A stretch of DNA of 64,000 nucleotides from a virus (lineage: Duplodnaviria; Caudoviricetes): the IMG/VR virus record IMGVR_UViG_3300020037_001957, positions 13,626-77,625 of that record; one strand, 5' to 3'. A model generated the notes under the pieces. The model had not been told where the DNA came from, did not search any database, and was given only the letters and a program-made list of their open reading frames with translations. Within the stretch, counting starts at the first letter, position 1. The number at the start of each line of letters is the position of its first letter. Below are positions 18,836 through 29,052 of the stretch, in pieces. The position numbers and the translations under genes are program-made.

Positions 18836-20851
18836 TTATTGTGGTGGTCCAAACATATCCCACATTAAGTCAGAATCCTGCTGAATATCCTTCATGCTTG
18901 TGCCATCCCCCCTCTTTCTTCTCAACCCCCCGTTACCATCAGGTTCAAACTGAGTGAGCTGATACTTATCCTTAACTACGTTTTCCTCCATGTTCTTAGG
19001 TTTAATGTCACAGCTTATATCCTGCATTAAGGCTATTCCATAAGCATCCGCCAAGTCATTATCACTCCCTATCTCCACTTCATCGTAATTGCCTAATTCA
19101 TTAATCAAATGCCCGAACCAAATCTTATCTCCGTGGTCTTCTATATGACTCTCCATTAAACTCACCATCCTCGGCTTAGAAAACCCTGTTAACCTTACGC
19201 CTTTCTCGTGTGATTGGTCAGACTTCTCAGACTCAAACTTACGTGGTCTATCCGCCAAATAGTGTTTCAGTCCTGCATTCTCGTAATGATTAAATATCAC
19301 TCCGTTAGCAACGTCAATAAGGGTGTTGTTAATAAGTCCATACATTACTGATAGTTTCATGCAAAGTTCATAAAACACTTCTCTTCTTTGAGGGCGACAT
19401 CTTATACAAGCAACGGGCATTTTCGTAATTCTATCTAATACCAACATTGCTCCTAATGACTTAGAGGCGTTGGCTTCGTTCTGGTCATAACTATCCACTC
19501 CGCCCGCAAATTTATTCTTATAAGCCTTACTTGGCAACTCCCCATCAATAATTAGCGCGCACTCCTCTTGGTTCTCATGTGGCTTTAATGGAACAGCTTT
19601 TACCTGATAAGGAATCTTGGGTAGTTTAGTCTTCTCGTCCTTCACCCATTCCAACTTATACTTTGTCCACTTTGGATGCGTAAGGATATTAATCTCATGC
19701 ATCTGCCTGTTTAGGATATTAGTGTTGAAACTGTTTACTACCGTCTTTCTGAAAATCTCTTCTTCATTAAGCGGGTTGTTCTGTAAATCTTCATTATAGG
19801 CTTTCTGATTTCCACTAGCTAATAGTTTCTTTCTTCTCTCTATAATCCAATTCTCAGCCGCCGCCCTATCTTCCACTCCTATCAATTCATAAGGCTTGTA
19901 GGTTCTGTAAAGAGATGTTTCTAAAGGTAATCTTCTCTCAGGCTCTTTAGCTCCACCATAAAAGAACATCCGCGTTGCAGGAATTAAAAACTTCTCAAAT
20001 CCTAAATCATCCGCCTCGTGCCACATCCTTTGCATATCTTTTGTTCCTTTGTTCAAATTACCACCAGTTCCAAAGCACGTCATCATTCCAACCTGCTTGT
20101 TACCTGACATTAAACAGTCTTTGGTGGCTGAATAAAACTCTAATAATTTCTCAAATTCTCCAATCTCTTCCGCAATAACATCGTTCAAAAATAAACCCTT
20201 GAACATATTTGCATTGGTGTGCATTGTTCTTGCATAGATAGTACTAAACGTTCCTTTCTCTTGGAAGTCACCATATTCATTTCTTATAGTGTAACCTGCG
20301 ATAATCTCATTGTCATTGTCAGTTAATTTCTTTGTACTTAGTTCGGGGGGTAATCGGCTGTCGGCAAATCTCCATTTAGCTAAGAAGTCATCTACATAAG
20401 TCTTATTCCCTGCTGCAACACCCGCCTTATAACCATCGTTAAATCTCCATCCGTAATCAATAATCATTGTACTTGCAGCCTCCGATATACCCTTTCTACG
20501 TCCCTTGGCGCAAATCAAATTCCTGCCATTCATCTTACAATGCTCAATGTAATAAGCAAGCTCTAAGTGTAAATCAGTCATATCGGGAGTCACTACACCC
20601 TTAATAGTAGACATCTGCTTATAGTTCATGTAGTAGTAAAATCTACCGGGAATCCATATCCCCTTTATCTCTATTCCATTTACTATCTTATAAATTTCTT
20701 CCTCCCAATACCTTTGCCATTCGAGTGTGCCGATGACGTTAGGGAATCTAACTGAGTCGGCGTATTTAGGGATGCCGTCTATAACCGCCTTGTTCAAAGC
20801 GTTCATAAAGCCTTTTGGTTTTATTATCGGGAACTGTGGGATGCCTGTCAT
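18836..20851 (-). CDS. terL: Terminase large subunit
   Basis: KGRRKGIS Walker A, 'AEEIGEF' Walker B, 'GGVDSYD' RNase H motif, 'DLADA'. Confidence 0.9.
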   Translation of the reverse strand: MTGIPQFPIIKPKGFMNALNKAVIDGIPKYADSVRFPNVIGTLEWQRYWEEEIYKIVNGIEIKGIWIPGRFYYYMNYKQMSTIKGVVTPDMTDLHLELAYYIEHCKMNGRNLICAKGRRKGISEAASTMIIDYGWRFNDGYKAGVAAGNKTYVDDFLAKWRFADSRLPPELSTKKLTDNDNEIIAGYTIRNEYGDFQEKGTFSTIYARTMHTNANMFKGLFLNDVIAEEIGEFEKLLEFYSATKDCLMSGNKQVGMMTCFGTGGNLNKGTKDMQRMWHEADDLGFEKFLIPATRMFFYGGAKEPERRLPLETSLYRTYKPYELIGVEDRAAAENWIIERRKKLLASGNQKAYNEDLQNNPLNEEEIFRKTVVNSFNTNILNRQMHEINILTHPKWTKYKLEWVKDEKTKLPKIPYQVKAVPLKPHENQEECALIIDGELPSKAYKNKFAGGVDSYDQNEANASKSLGAMLVLDRITKMPVACIRCRPQRREVFYELCMKLSVMYGLINNTLIDVANGVIFNHYENAGLKHYLADRPRKFESEKSDQSHEKGVRLTGFSKPRMVSLMESHIEDHGDKIWFGHLINELGNYDEVEIGSDNDLADAYGIALMQDISCDIKPKNMEENVVKDKYQLTQFEPDGNGGLRRKRGDGTSMKDIQQDSDLMWDMFGPPQ

Positions 20852-21390
20852 TTCTTTTCTGTTACTGATTTAAAGTGCTTCTGATTAGTCATCATCTCTT
20901 CGATTAAACTCAAAGTCATCTTACCTTTCAACACGCCTTTCTTTTGCACCTCTTCGTCATATTCTCTCTCATACACTTGAATGTTTTTACGAAGCAAGTC
21001 AATAGTATCCACCGTCTTTTTAATGTTGGTAGCCGAAGTGTCTTCTTGTAATGTAAGAAGTAAACTGTCAATCTTTCTTTGAAACTGACGTGCGGCTTCA
21101 ATCTTTGGACTGTATTGCAGTGATGTGTAATCTCTGATAGCTATCTGAATACGCTCAGATTCTATTAAGTCGTATTCGTTATCATCAAATGCGTGTTGCA
21201 TTGATTTACGCTTTCTTTCGTGGTCAGGGAACTGTTTGTACGGGCTATGATAGTCGGTGTATAAAACGACATAAAGCAGCTCTTCGCTGCTTAGTACTGA
21301 TAGTGATGGGCAAAGTTTGATAACTTCGGGATGGAGTATCGCCAATTTTTTATCGGTGGCTGACTCATCTATGTAAAACAAATAACTCAT
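20848..21390 (-). CDS. Putative terminase small subunit
   Basis: Overlaps TerL start; helical 180 aa. Confidence 0.4.
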   Translation of the reverse strand: MSYLFYIDESATDKKLAILHPEVIKLCPSLSVLSSEELLYVVLYTDYHSPYKQFPDHERKRKSMQHAFDDNEYDLIESERIQIAIRDYTSLQYSPKIEAARQFQRKIDSLLLTLQEDTSATNIKKTVDTIDLLRKNIQVYEREYDEEVQKKGVLKGKMTLSLIEEMMTNQKHFKSVTEKK

Positions 21391-21393
21391 ATA

Positions 21394-21597
21394 CTATCGT
21401 TTTTTTATTAAGTCCCTGCAATAGTCATAATAAGACCTCATCTCTGAAGATGATTCTGCCATTAATTTTTTAAGTGTGATTAAACAACACTTCTTTACTT
21501 CCTCGGTAGTAAGATTTTCAAACTCACTAAACTCCCAATATAAGTCCTCGCTGAATTGCTGAGGACTACCTTGTGGGAATACTTCTTTTTTGTTCAT
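21394..21597 (-). CDS. Hypothetical protein
   Basis: ORF packing. Confidence 0.55.
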   Translation of the reverse strand: MNKKEVFPQGSPQQFSEDLYWEFSEFENLTTEEVKKCCLITLKKLMAESSSEMRSYYDYCRDLIKKR

Positions 21598-21971
21598 TAT
21601 ATTTCTCCTCCTAATTTATGCCCGCAATTTCCACAAGTTCCTTCTTCGTGTCTGCGTAAAAATCTTTGATACTTAAACCCTTCTGATTTACCGTAATCTT
21701 GTTCATCTACCGAAATAGACAAGCCTTTAATGTCGCTAGCTTTAGCTCTCACTGTTTCGTCATCGTTTAATATCCAATAATCGTCAAACGCATTAACGCC
21801 AATGATTTCAGCCGTTCTTAATCTAATTGTCCCGTCACTCATTTCTAATAAGTCGGTTGATTTTCCCTCTTCTCCATTTTCAAAAAATGTTATAAATCCC
21901 TTAAACGGCATTCCGTTAAATTGTTCTAACTCTTCTTTTTGCCCTTCCGTGAGTGGTATGTAGTTTTTCAT
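21597..21971 (-). CDS. Hypothetical protein
   Basis: ORF packing; C-terminal CxxC. Confidence 0.55.
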   Translation of the reverse strand: MKNYIPLTEGQKEELEQFNGMPFKGFITFFENGEEGKSTDLLEMSDGTIRLRTAEIIGVNAFDDYWILNDDETVRAKASDIKGLSISVDEQDYGKSEGFKYQRFLRRHEEGTCGNCGHKLGGEI

Positions 21972-21983
21972 GGTTAATTGGTT

Positions 21984-22766
21984 TTAAAATTCATATAATT
22001 GGATTGGTTCTACTATTTGTAATATTTGAGATTTAAAGGTGTTGATAAATATTTCAACTTCCGATTTCATGTAATTTGCAGGGATAACTTCGTTCTTATA
22101 TTCAACCACCTTGCCTGTTGAATCCTTTATTGGAATGATTAAATCAATAAACATCCTTTCACACTTCTGACCCGTTAACTTCTCGTAATGCCATGCGTAA
22201 AACGACAACTGAAAGCAAATCTTTGTATACTTAGTGTTAGGCAAGTAATCAAATGGATAATTCAACCACGCCTTTCCTTTAGGCGCATAACTCATCCCTG
22301 CCTCAAATAACTTAAAGTCCGATATGTGAAAGTTCGATGTTTTAAAAGCACTCTTTATACTCAACTTGTCAATTTCACCAGCAGTTCTCGTTTCGTGATT
22401 AAAGATTACTAAGTCTTCAAATGTTCTTTTGTAGTCCTTGTACTTTAAACTCACTAACTTAACAATATCCGCCAAGTCTTCGTTTTCTTTTAGTATATGC
22501 CCTGTCTGAGAATAAAGCTTTATAGCGCCATCAAATCGAGTTCCTTCATCTCTTGCTGAGTTCCATTTGCCTTGCACTGACTCCGCTGATACTCCATCAC
22601 GCCTTGCAATGGCGGCTGAAATACCTTCTGAATCAAATTTCTCTGACAAGAACTCGAAGCACTTAGAGAAAGAAACGTATTCGTTACCGTTATGAACATT
22701 GAAATATCTATGCTCTACTTTGTCAAGTAATACATCCTGAGTATAAAGAGTGTGAAGTTGGCTCAT
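21984..22766 (-). CDS. PD-(D/E)XK nuclease family protein
   Basis: 'AGEIDKL...ISDFK...FQLSFY' motifs. Confidence 0.8.
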   Translation of the reverse strand: MSQLHTLYTQDVLLDKVEHRYFNVHNGNEYVSFSKCFEFLSEKFDSEGISAAIARRDGVSAESVQGKWNSARDEGTRFDGAIKLYSQTGHILKENEDLADIVKLVSLKYKDYKRTFEDLVIFNHETRTAGEIDKLSIKSAFKTSNFHISDFKLFEAGMSYAPKGKAWLNYPFDYLPNTKYTKICFQLSFYAWHYEKLTGQKCERMFIDLIIPIKDSTGKVVEYKNEVIPANYMKSEVEIFINTFKSQILQIVEPIQLYEF

Positions 22767-23488
22767 TATAATCCTCCGCCTTCGCTAGTTACTTCCTTGC
22801 TCTTTTTACCTTTCTTCTCCTTAGCTTCAGGAACTACAATCTCCTCACCGCCAATTTCAAATCCTTCTTCTTCACCTTCCTCCTCCTCCACATCCTCATC
22901 CGTGTCTATCTCAGCCCCGAATTTAGCATTCAAAGTCTTATTCATGTATTTCTTTTGGTCTTCCTCACTCATCTCATCGAATTGCTCTCTGGTCATGTTG
23001 TGGTCTTTTCTTGCCTCCAACCAACGTAACATCATCTCTCTATCACTCACTACTTTTAATCCATCGAGATAAGCAGTAGCCTCCACTTTTAATTCGTCAA
23101 TGATACCTCTCACTTCTGCGTAACCTTCATAACCATCACTCTCTTGTACCTTACAAGTTTTAAGTTTGATAGTCTTTCCCTCAAACACTTCTGTTTCTCC
23201 ACTTAGTAAAAAAGAATCATTGTCAAATTCAATAGATGAAATGTCTGTTTCTAAGATTACTGTCTTTTGTTCAGCCTCCGATAATCGGTTGTTGTTTATC
23301 TTGCACACATCGAGCAAATGAATACGAAGGTCTTTAAATAGTTTCTCCATATCTCCGTGGATAGGGTTCTTGCGTTTCTCAATTGTCTCATTCAAAAAAC
23401 TTCTATTGTTTTTAAAAACTTGTGACAAAAATGACACCTCTGCTCCTTTGAACCCGTTTGCCGCTAAACTAATTTTTTTAATGTTCAT
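22766..23488 (-). CDS. Hypothetical protein with acidic tail
   Basis: 240 aa, coupled to nuclease gene. Confidence 0.65.
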   Translation of the reverse strand: MNIKKISLAANGFKGAEVSFLSQVFKNNRSFLNETIEKRKNPIHGDMEKLFKDLRIHLLDVCKINNNRLSEAEQKTVILETDISSIEFDNDSFLLSGETEVFEGKTIKLKTCKVQESDGYEGYAEVRGIIDELKVEATAYLDGLKVVSDREMMLRWLEARKDHNMTREQFDEMSEEDQKKYMNKTLNAKFGAEIDTDEDVEEEEGEEEGFEIGGEEIVVPEAKEKKGKKSKEVTSEGGGL

Positions 23489-23508
23489 GTTATTTGTTTT
23501 TTATTTGA

Positions 23509-23721
23509 TTACTTGTTTTGTTTTTTATCTGACGAAAACCATTTATCTCTTTCGTCTTGAAGAACTTGTTTGGCTAACGCTTGCGCATCGTAATACAGCA
23601 CTTCTGATTTCCTCTCTCCTGTATGCTTGTGCGTTTCTCTTCCGTCAAATCCATAGTTAATTGGTTTGCAATCTTTTTCATCCCAAAATTGTTTCTGCTC
23701 GTATTCACTTGTTGATGCCAT
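23509..23721 (-). CDS. Hypothetical protein
   Basis: ORF packing. Confidence 0.5.
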   Translation of the reverse strand: MASTSEYEQKQFWDEKDCKPINYGFDGRETHKHTGERKSEVLYYDAQALAKQVLQDERDKWFSSDKKQNK

Positions 23722-23826
23722 TAGTTGTATTCAAATTCGTTAATAGTAAACCCAAACACTTGAATAGTATATCCATCTTGCGTTAAATTCTTTATAGACT
23801 CTTTACGAATCTTCTTCTTTAGCTTT

Positions 23827-24057
23827 CTAGGGATTCTGTTTTTCATCGTCATCTTTTTTAAACATTGTTTTTGCAGCTTCTTGTAATGCGTTGTCCCAAC
23901 TTTCAGAACTCATTGCAATGACTCCGTAATCACTTGTTACCATCACCGTTCTGCCGTTATTAAAATACTCAACATCACATCGCTTAGACTTTCTTTTAGC
24001 CGTTAAGTCATTCATCATGCTCATAAAATCTTCTATTGTCGGCTCTTTCTTTTCCAT
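23827..24057 (-). CDS. Hypothetical protein
   Basis: ORF packing; ATG abuts paired box. Confidence 0.5.
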   Translation of the reverse strand: MEKKEPTIEDFMSMMNDLTAKRKSKRCDVEYFNNGRTVMVTSDYGVIAMSSESWDNALQEAAKTMFKKDDDEKQNP

Positions 24058-24107
24058 TACAAATCTGTGATAAAATTAAGTTAATTGTTTTCCTTACAAC
24101 TTTGTGA
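24057..24107. promoter_or_regulatory. Paired box, copy 2
   Basis: TTACAAATCTGTGA at 24057 and TTACAACTTTGTGA at 24094 (37 bp). Confidence 0.75.
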
Positions 24108-24372
24108 TAAACTTGACCGACAAATTATTGAAGTATTTTTTGTCATCGTTCTGACTCATCCTACCCTTCAACTCAAACTCTACATCCACTTCATCACCCT
24201 CCTCAAAGCCATCTATCAGCGCCATCCTTGGTTGCTTGCCTACTATATTAAATAGTATCGGCATCTCAGGGAAACGCCCGTTGTCAATCATCACCACAAA
24301 GTTACGGGCAAATGTCCCGTCCTTTATCTCCCGAACCTCTTGGCTCGTCTTAAATTTTCCTTTTACATTCAT
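24094..24372 (-). CDS. DUF3127-like OB-fold ssDNA-binding protein
   Basis: 'F..GDEV.V.F.LKGR......KYFNNL' pattern typical of Bacteroidota. Confidence 0.7.
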   Translation of the reverse strand: MNVKGKFKTSQEVREIKDGTFARNFVVMIDNGRFPEMPILFNIVGKQPRMALIDGFEEGDEVDVEFELKGRMSQNDDKKYFNNLSVKFITKL

Positions 24373-24644
24373 ATTCCTTTTTCGTCAAATAGTGTTATAT
24401 TATCGTATTTATACTTGTCATACCCCATCTTATTTCTAAAGATAATGACTTGGGTGACACACTTTCCATTTGGTGTAATAGCCACTGTAATGTCGAAGTA
24501 TCCTCCATGAGATAAGTCATAAGCCATATTCTCAGCAGATAAAACAGGGTCGTTTCCATCACCACTAAAAAGTTCATCGGCGGCTGCATAACTATCGTAA
24601 GTGGCGGCTATCCCGTAACGGGCTATCAAGGTTGCGGTTAGCAT
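24369..24644 (-). CDS. Hypothetical protein
   Basis: ORF packing. Confidence 0.5.
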   Translation of the reverse strand: MLTATLIARYGIAATYDSYAAADELFSGDGNDPVLSAENMAYDLSHGGYFDITVAITPNGKCVTQVIIFRNKMGYDKYKYDNITLFDEKGI

Positions 24645-24741
24645 ATCTTAGTGATTACAAAGATTAATAAAGCTGCTATTACACAGTATAAAAACATCCG
24701 CCCTGCATTTGGGTCTATCTCAAAGTTCATTGTACTCATAT

Positions 24742-25293
24742 TTAATAATTATAATTTCTGTGATACAATCCTAACATAACTAAAACATCTGATAATTCGG
24801 ACTTGTTTCTAATTCTGCCTGTAAATACAACGTCTGATGTCCAATTACCCGTTATTTCATTGTAAATTCTTTGTAGGTAAATTCCAACAACATTTGTTTT
24901 AGTGTCGTGGAATAAGATAAATGCGTCGTTTTTATTAATATTCCAAGCGTACCCATCTATTAGTTCGTTATCTTCTGACCAAACATTAACATAAACGCCT
25001 TTTTGAAATTTATCATTCTCGATAATATCAGATTCGTTTAAATACTTAACTCGAACATTCCATTTACAACCGTCCTTCATTAAGTTTATAATGTCCAATT
25101 CGCTTAATCTAGTTTCCTGCCATCCGCCCGTTGTCTCCTTATCGTCAATTTCGCAACAAAATCCAAGGCGATACTCTAGTGGTATTGGTTGGTAGTAAGA
25201 GTCCTCTTTTTTAGTCGTGTTTCCAAAGTTCTTAACGCCATCAATTATGATTGGTTGAACAATGTTTAACTCTAATTTTCTGCCTGTACTCAT
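24742..25293 (-). CDS. Hypothetical phage protein (paralogue of next gene)
   Basis: C-terminal F.G.I.NKSEL motif shared with 25314-25718. Confidence 0.6.
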   Translation of the reverse strand: MSTGRKLELNIVQPIIIDGVKNFGNTTKKEDSYYQPIPLEYRLGFCCEIDDKETTGGWQETRLSELDIINLMKDGCKWNVRVKYLNESDIIENDKFQKGVYVNVWSEDNELIDGYAWNINKNDAFILFHDTKTNVVGIYLQRIYNEITGNWTSDVVFTGRIRNKSELSDVLVMLGLYHRNYNY

Positions 25294-25313
25294 ATTGTAA
25301 ATTATTTATAAAT

Positions 25314-25718
25314 TTAGTGATTAATATTCAACATTGCCATTAATTTAACTAACTCTGATTTGTTCTTAATTTTACCTGCAAAATGAATTGTTTTTGCATG
25401 AAAAAATCCTGAATATCTCTCAATAGAGACGCCGCCTTCTTCCCAAAACTGCAATACATATCCATCTCCAATATTGTAATTAATACAATCAAAAAACTCA
25501 TCTTTCCCGACAAACTCCCATCCCAAACTCTCCAAGTCTTCTCTGTCCAAAAACTTAACTCTAAAATTAGAAATCTTATCTACTCCTAAGCAAAGGTCGC
25601 TTAAATCGTCTTCATCAAAAATTTCGTTAATCCAAATTTTTCTACCTGATTCCGACCACTCTACTTCAAATCCCACATGGAACTCTTCGATTTTAGGGGT
25701 GTAATACTTATTATCCAT
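25314..25718 (-). CDS. Hypothetical phage protein
   Basis: 'YYTP.IEEFHVGFE' start and 'IKNKSEL' end. Confidence 0.65.
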   Translation of the reverse strand: MDNKYYTPKIEEFHVGFEVEWSESGRKIWINEIFDEDDLSDLCLGVDKISNFRVKFLDREDLESLGWEFVGKDEFFDCINYNIGDGYVLQFWEEGGVSIERYSGFFHAKTIHFAGKIKNKSELVKLMAMLNINH

Positions 25719-25753
25719 GTTTCTGTTTTTAGCGTTGTGTATAAATAAAATAA

Positions 25754-25969
25754 CTATTTATACCTTTTAATTTCTACTCTACCGTCTTTTAAATCTTTTG
25801 CGTGAAACCACATCCCCCACCTCTTTCTGAATCCGTCGGCTGATATTCTCACTATTCTAAACTCCCCCTCAACTATCTTTGTCTCTCCTATCTCCATATC
25901 AGCAAAGCCATACTTACTTCTAGGGGCTATATGTATTCGGTACTTACCTACTAATCCTATTGCTTCCAT
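25754..25969 (-). CDS. Small basic putative DNA-binding protein
   Basis: 71 aa basic; 'DMEIGE' pattern. Confidence 0.45.
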   Translation of the reverse strand: MEAIGLVGKYRIHIAPRSKYGFADMEIGETKIVEGEFRIVRISADGFRKRWGMWFHAKDLKDGRVEIKRYK

Positions 25970-25991
25970 ACTACTTATACGTTATTAGTTT

Positions 25992-27389
25992 CTAAAAGGT
26001 TTCAAGTTTACGCAGTTTTTCAATTTCTTTTCTTATCGGCTCGTTATATTGATTCCAAATTACATTAAGCCAAGCCCACTCCCTATAACTTTTAGGAACA
26101 TCTTTCACTGCTAATCCTTTCCATACCCCGAATGTCATTACAACGGGTTTATCCTGCTTGTTAGCCTCAGTTTCCTTTGTGAACTTTCCAATTTCGTGAA
26201 CGGGTACTCCTGAGAGTAATATATCATTAGCGCCAAATAGCTTCCATGTTCCCTTATTGTCCTGCTCGTAATGAAACTCCTCCACCTTGCCAAACCTCTG
26301 TACCATCCCGCTAAAATCCACAACTAGTCCATCCTTCTTATTCGGGTGAATCCTTGTTATCCTTCCAATAATCTGATAATATAACGTCAGCGACGAACTC
26401 ACCCTGCCTAAAATAATGCAATCCAGCTCCGGGTGGTCAAATCCAACGGTTAATACACCGAAATTAAACACTGTTCTTATTTTGCCTTCCTTAAACTTCC
26501 TTATCACATAATCTCTCTCGTCAGCGGGCATATCTCCATACACAACCGCAGAATTTGGAACTTCCAATGCCAATTTCTTAGCCGCCGCTACACTTGGTAC
26601 AAATACCAAAATACTCTTTCTGTCCGTAAGCTCACTTATTTTAAACTTAATCCTGTCATTCGTGTTATTAAACTCATACATCTTATTTATAGATGCCTCA
26701 GTGTATTCTGCCTTCGTCGAATTATAAACTAAGCCGCTAGAATTAATCTCATACAATTCGTATTCCAACTTACTCCAATACCCTAGCTTCGTCATCTCCT
26801 GAATCTGAGTTACGTGGATAATCTCTTTAAAGAAGTTACCCTTCCCTGACCTCGACGTTAACATCACTAGCTTTGAGTAGGTGTTACGATAAACGTCCAA
26901 ATTAGTTTGTAGTTTCAGAGGCGTGGCTGTTAATCCTAAAACATGGGTGATTCCTGAGTCTGCTAAGAACTTTCCTAGCATCGAACTTGACTCCCTTGGA
27001 AACCTGTCCACTTCATCCACTAATAGATATTTAAAGCCTTTAGCTTTGAAAATATGCCCGATGTTCTTTATGCTGCCAATCGTTGCAAATGTAACAGTTC
27101 CTATCTTTCTGCTGTCAAAACTAGCCGAATAGACGCTTCCTTTACCGCCAAACGCGCGAAACTTATCCAAATTTTGCTGTAAGAGTTCTTTTGAGGGCTG
27201 AAGGACTAGCACATTTCCTTCCACTCCTTCGGCAATCTTCGCTACATACAAGCTTTTACCTGCCGCTGTTGGAGCTATTATAATACTAGGGACAGTCTTC
27301 TCTTTCTTGAAGAAAGCTATTCCCTTTTCAATAGGTTCAACTTGGTAAGGTCTTAATGTTGGCGGTTGCTTAATGTTCAAATTTATCAT
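25992..27389 (-). CDS. Superfamily 2 (DEAD/DEAH-like) helicase
   Basis: LRPYQ, APTAAGKS, VDEVD, GLTATP, GFD.P, QIIGR motifs. Confidence 0.92.
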   Translation of the reverse strand: MINLNIKQPPTLRPYQVEPIEKGIAFFKKEKTVPSIIIAPTAAGKSLYVAKIAEGVEGNVLVLQPSKELLQQNLDKFRAFGGKGSVYSASFDSRKIGTVTFATIGSIKNIGHIFKAKGFKYLLVDEVDRFPRESSSMLGKFLADSGITHVLGLTATPLKLQTNLDVYRNTYSKLVMLTSRSGKGNFFKEIIHVTQIQEMTKLGYWSKLEYELYEINSSGLVYNSTKAEYTEASINKMYEFNNTNDRIKFKISELTDRKSILVFVPSVAAAKKLALEVPNSAVVYGDMPADERDYVIRKFKEGKIRTVFNFGVLTVGFDHPELDCIILGRVSSSLTLYYQIIGRITRIHPNKKDGLVVDFSGMVQRFGKVEEFHYEQDNKGTWKLFGANDILLSGVPVHEIGKFTKETEANKQDKPVVMTFGVWKGLAVKDVPKSYREWAWLNVIWNQYNEPIRKEIEKLRKLETF

Positions 27390-27391
27390 AT

Positions 27392-27589
27392 TTAAAGTTT
27401 ATCCTTATAATTAACACCTCTTATCACCTCACTTATCCGCAGATAGCTAACTCCGTATTTCTCCGCTATATCCCTCACCCGAAACTTATACTTCCACATC
27501 GTGCGTATCATGTCTAGCTCCTCTTGGCTAAATCTCTTTCTACCTCTATTTTTAGTCATAACATCGGCGGTTGAATACCCTAATTCCAT
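27392..27589 (-). CDS. Small HTH DNA-binding protein
   Basis: 'VRDIAEKYGVSYLRISEVIRG' HTH. Confidence 0.65.
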   Translation of the reverse strand: MELGYSTADVMTKNRGRKRFSQEELDMIRTMWKYKFRVRDIAEKYGVSYLRISEVIRGVNYKDKL

Positions 27590-27599
27590 TTGTCTATGT

Positions 27600-27920
27600 T
27601 TATTTATTGGTTAGTCTATAATATTCTTCTTGCAACTCTTTAATTTGCTTAGGAATGTTGTTTATTCTGTTTTGACACATCCATTCCCATCTAGTCACCT
27701 TAACGCCTTGTATAAAGTATTCGGCATCAGATGTTGGTTCACCTCTAAACATTTCTGTTTTAGCTTCGGTGTCTTTAGAGTGTTTGTTGTCTATAACCTC
27801 CCTCCCCTGTGCTTCGAGGCTTTGTATTGCGAGTGTGAGGGCTTCTAACCAGTCACCCCCAGCTATACCTTTACCTGTTTGATATTTTTTAATTATCTCA
27901 ATCGCTTCTTCTTTAGTCAT
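27600..27920 (-). CDS. Hypothetical protein
   Basis: 'MTKEEAIEII...EALTLAIQSLE' common phage pattern. Confidence 0.6.
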   Translation of the reverse strand: MTKEEAIEIIKKYQTGKGIAGGDWLEALTLAIQSLEAQGREVIDNKHSKDTEAKTEMFRGEPTSDAEYFIQGVKVTRWEWMCQNRINNIPKQIKELQEEYYRLTNK

Positions 27921-27937
27921 TTTGTTTATTTTTAAGG

Positions 27938-28186
27938 TTAGTGTTTATTAGTTACATCTTCACATTCAACATCTTCATAATCTGATTTATGAAAGTAGAA
28001 TTTACCTCCATAACATTTACCGTTAATTAAAATACAAGTATCATTATGAGTAAATCCTGTGCAAAAGCCTTTATTTATACCGTCACTTCCGATAACCATA
28101 TCTCCTATTTTATAGTCTATTTCACCTATTTGTTGCCCGTTTATTGTAGTATGATAACTCATATTATTTACATTCGATTCAAACAA
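27938..28186 (-). CDS. Hypothetical protein
   Basis: ORF packing. Confidence 0.5.
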   Translation of the reverse strand: MFESNVNNMSYHTTINGQQIGEIDYKIGDMVIGSDGINKGFCTGFTHNDTCILINGKCYGGKFYFHKSDYEDVECEDVTNKH

Positions 28187-28428
28187 TTAAGGACTTCTAT
28201 TAACTCACTTTGTAATCTCGCTGTTATATGACAGTGTCTTGCGTCTTTAGCAGCTAGTTCTTGTAATATATTGGAACATAAATCTATTTCTCGCTCAACG
28301 GCTATCTTAGCGCATTGGATGGCCATCTTAGTATCTTCAATCCATCCAACATGTTCACTAAAATACATTGTTGGTTTAGTGTATTTCTCTACCAACTCCT
28401 CCGCTTTTATTTCCTGTGGTGTTTTCAT
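28168..28428 (-). CDS. Hypothetical protein
   Basis: 'MKTPQEIKAEELVEKY...A.IAV' Bacteroidota phage pattern. Confidence 0.6.
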   Translation of the reverse strand: MKTPQEIKAEELVEKYTKPTMYFSEHVGWIEDTKMAIQCAKIAVEREIDLCSNILQELAAKDARHCHITARLQSELIEVLNCLNRM

Positions 28429-28431
28429 GTG

Positions 28432-28647
28432 TTAATTGTATGAAGTGGATCCGTCAAATAATCTATATTTCGGGTCAAGAACATAAGGAGCTATAAACAC
28501 TCTATCTAATTCTTTATATTGTTCCCTGTATTCAGTAAGAGCTTTTCTTAAATAAGTGGTTAATTCCTTCTTTTTCCTTCTAGGCATTTTACCAACATAT
28601 TTCATATTTTGTCTTATCTGTTCCTTTATGAAATTATTAATCGTCAT
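28432..28647 (-). CDS. Hypothetical protein
   Basis: ORF packing. Confidence 0.5.
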   Translation of the reverse strand: MTINNFIKEQIRQNMKYVGKMPRRKKKELTTYLRKALTEYREQYKELDRVFIAPYVLDPKYRLFDGSTSYN

Positions 28648-28653
28648 CGTTTC

Positions 28654-29052
28654 TTACATTTTAATTGTTAGTTCTTCTCCTGTTAAAGCGTAGTATAGGT
28701 TTTGAAGTTGGTGGACGTACTTAATATGTTCTATGTATACTGAATTTAATCCAGTATCAATACAAACGTGTTTAGTAAATAAATCTACAAATATTTTATT
28801 ACAATCGTATTTAAAATTAATTTCATAAGTGTCTGAATAAAATTGATATTTTAAACCAAGTCTTTTTAACCACTCTTCTGTTAGGGGGATTCCCGAAACA
28901 TCACCTTTTTCTAAAATATGTTCAGTTTCTTTCCCAAATAAACCAATAACGTGATGAGAGCTTATATATTCCACCCTAACCACCTCTTCTTTATCAAATA
29001 GTACTAAATTCCCGATTCTTAATTCCGTTGCTTCCATATCGTTATTTATCAA
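28654..29052 (-). CDS. Hypothetical Bacteroidota phage protein
   Basis: 'ELRIGNLV...IPLTEEWL...VHQLQNLYYALTGEEL' family pattern. Confidence 0.7.
   Translation of the reverse strand: MINNDMEATELRIGNLVLFDKEEVVRVEYISSHHVIGLFGKETEHILEKGDVSGIPLTEEWLKRLGLKYQFYSDTYEINFKYDCNKIFVDLFTKHVCIDTGLNSVYIEHIKYVHQLQNLYYALTGEELTIKM

Noticed and set aside
24742-25718. Two adjacent ORFs sharing an 'I.NKSEL' C-terminus as a novel module
   Set aside because: Ordinary paralogues of a common small Bacteroidota phage family; low novelty.
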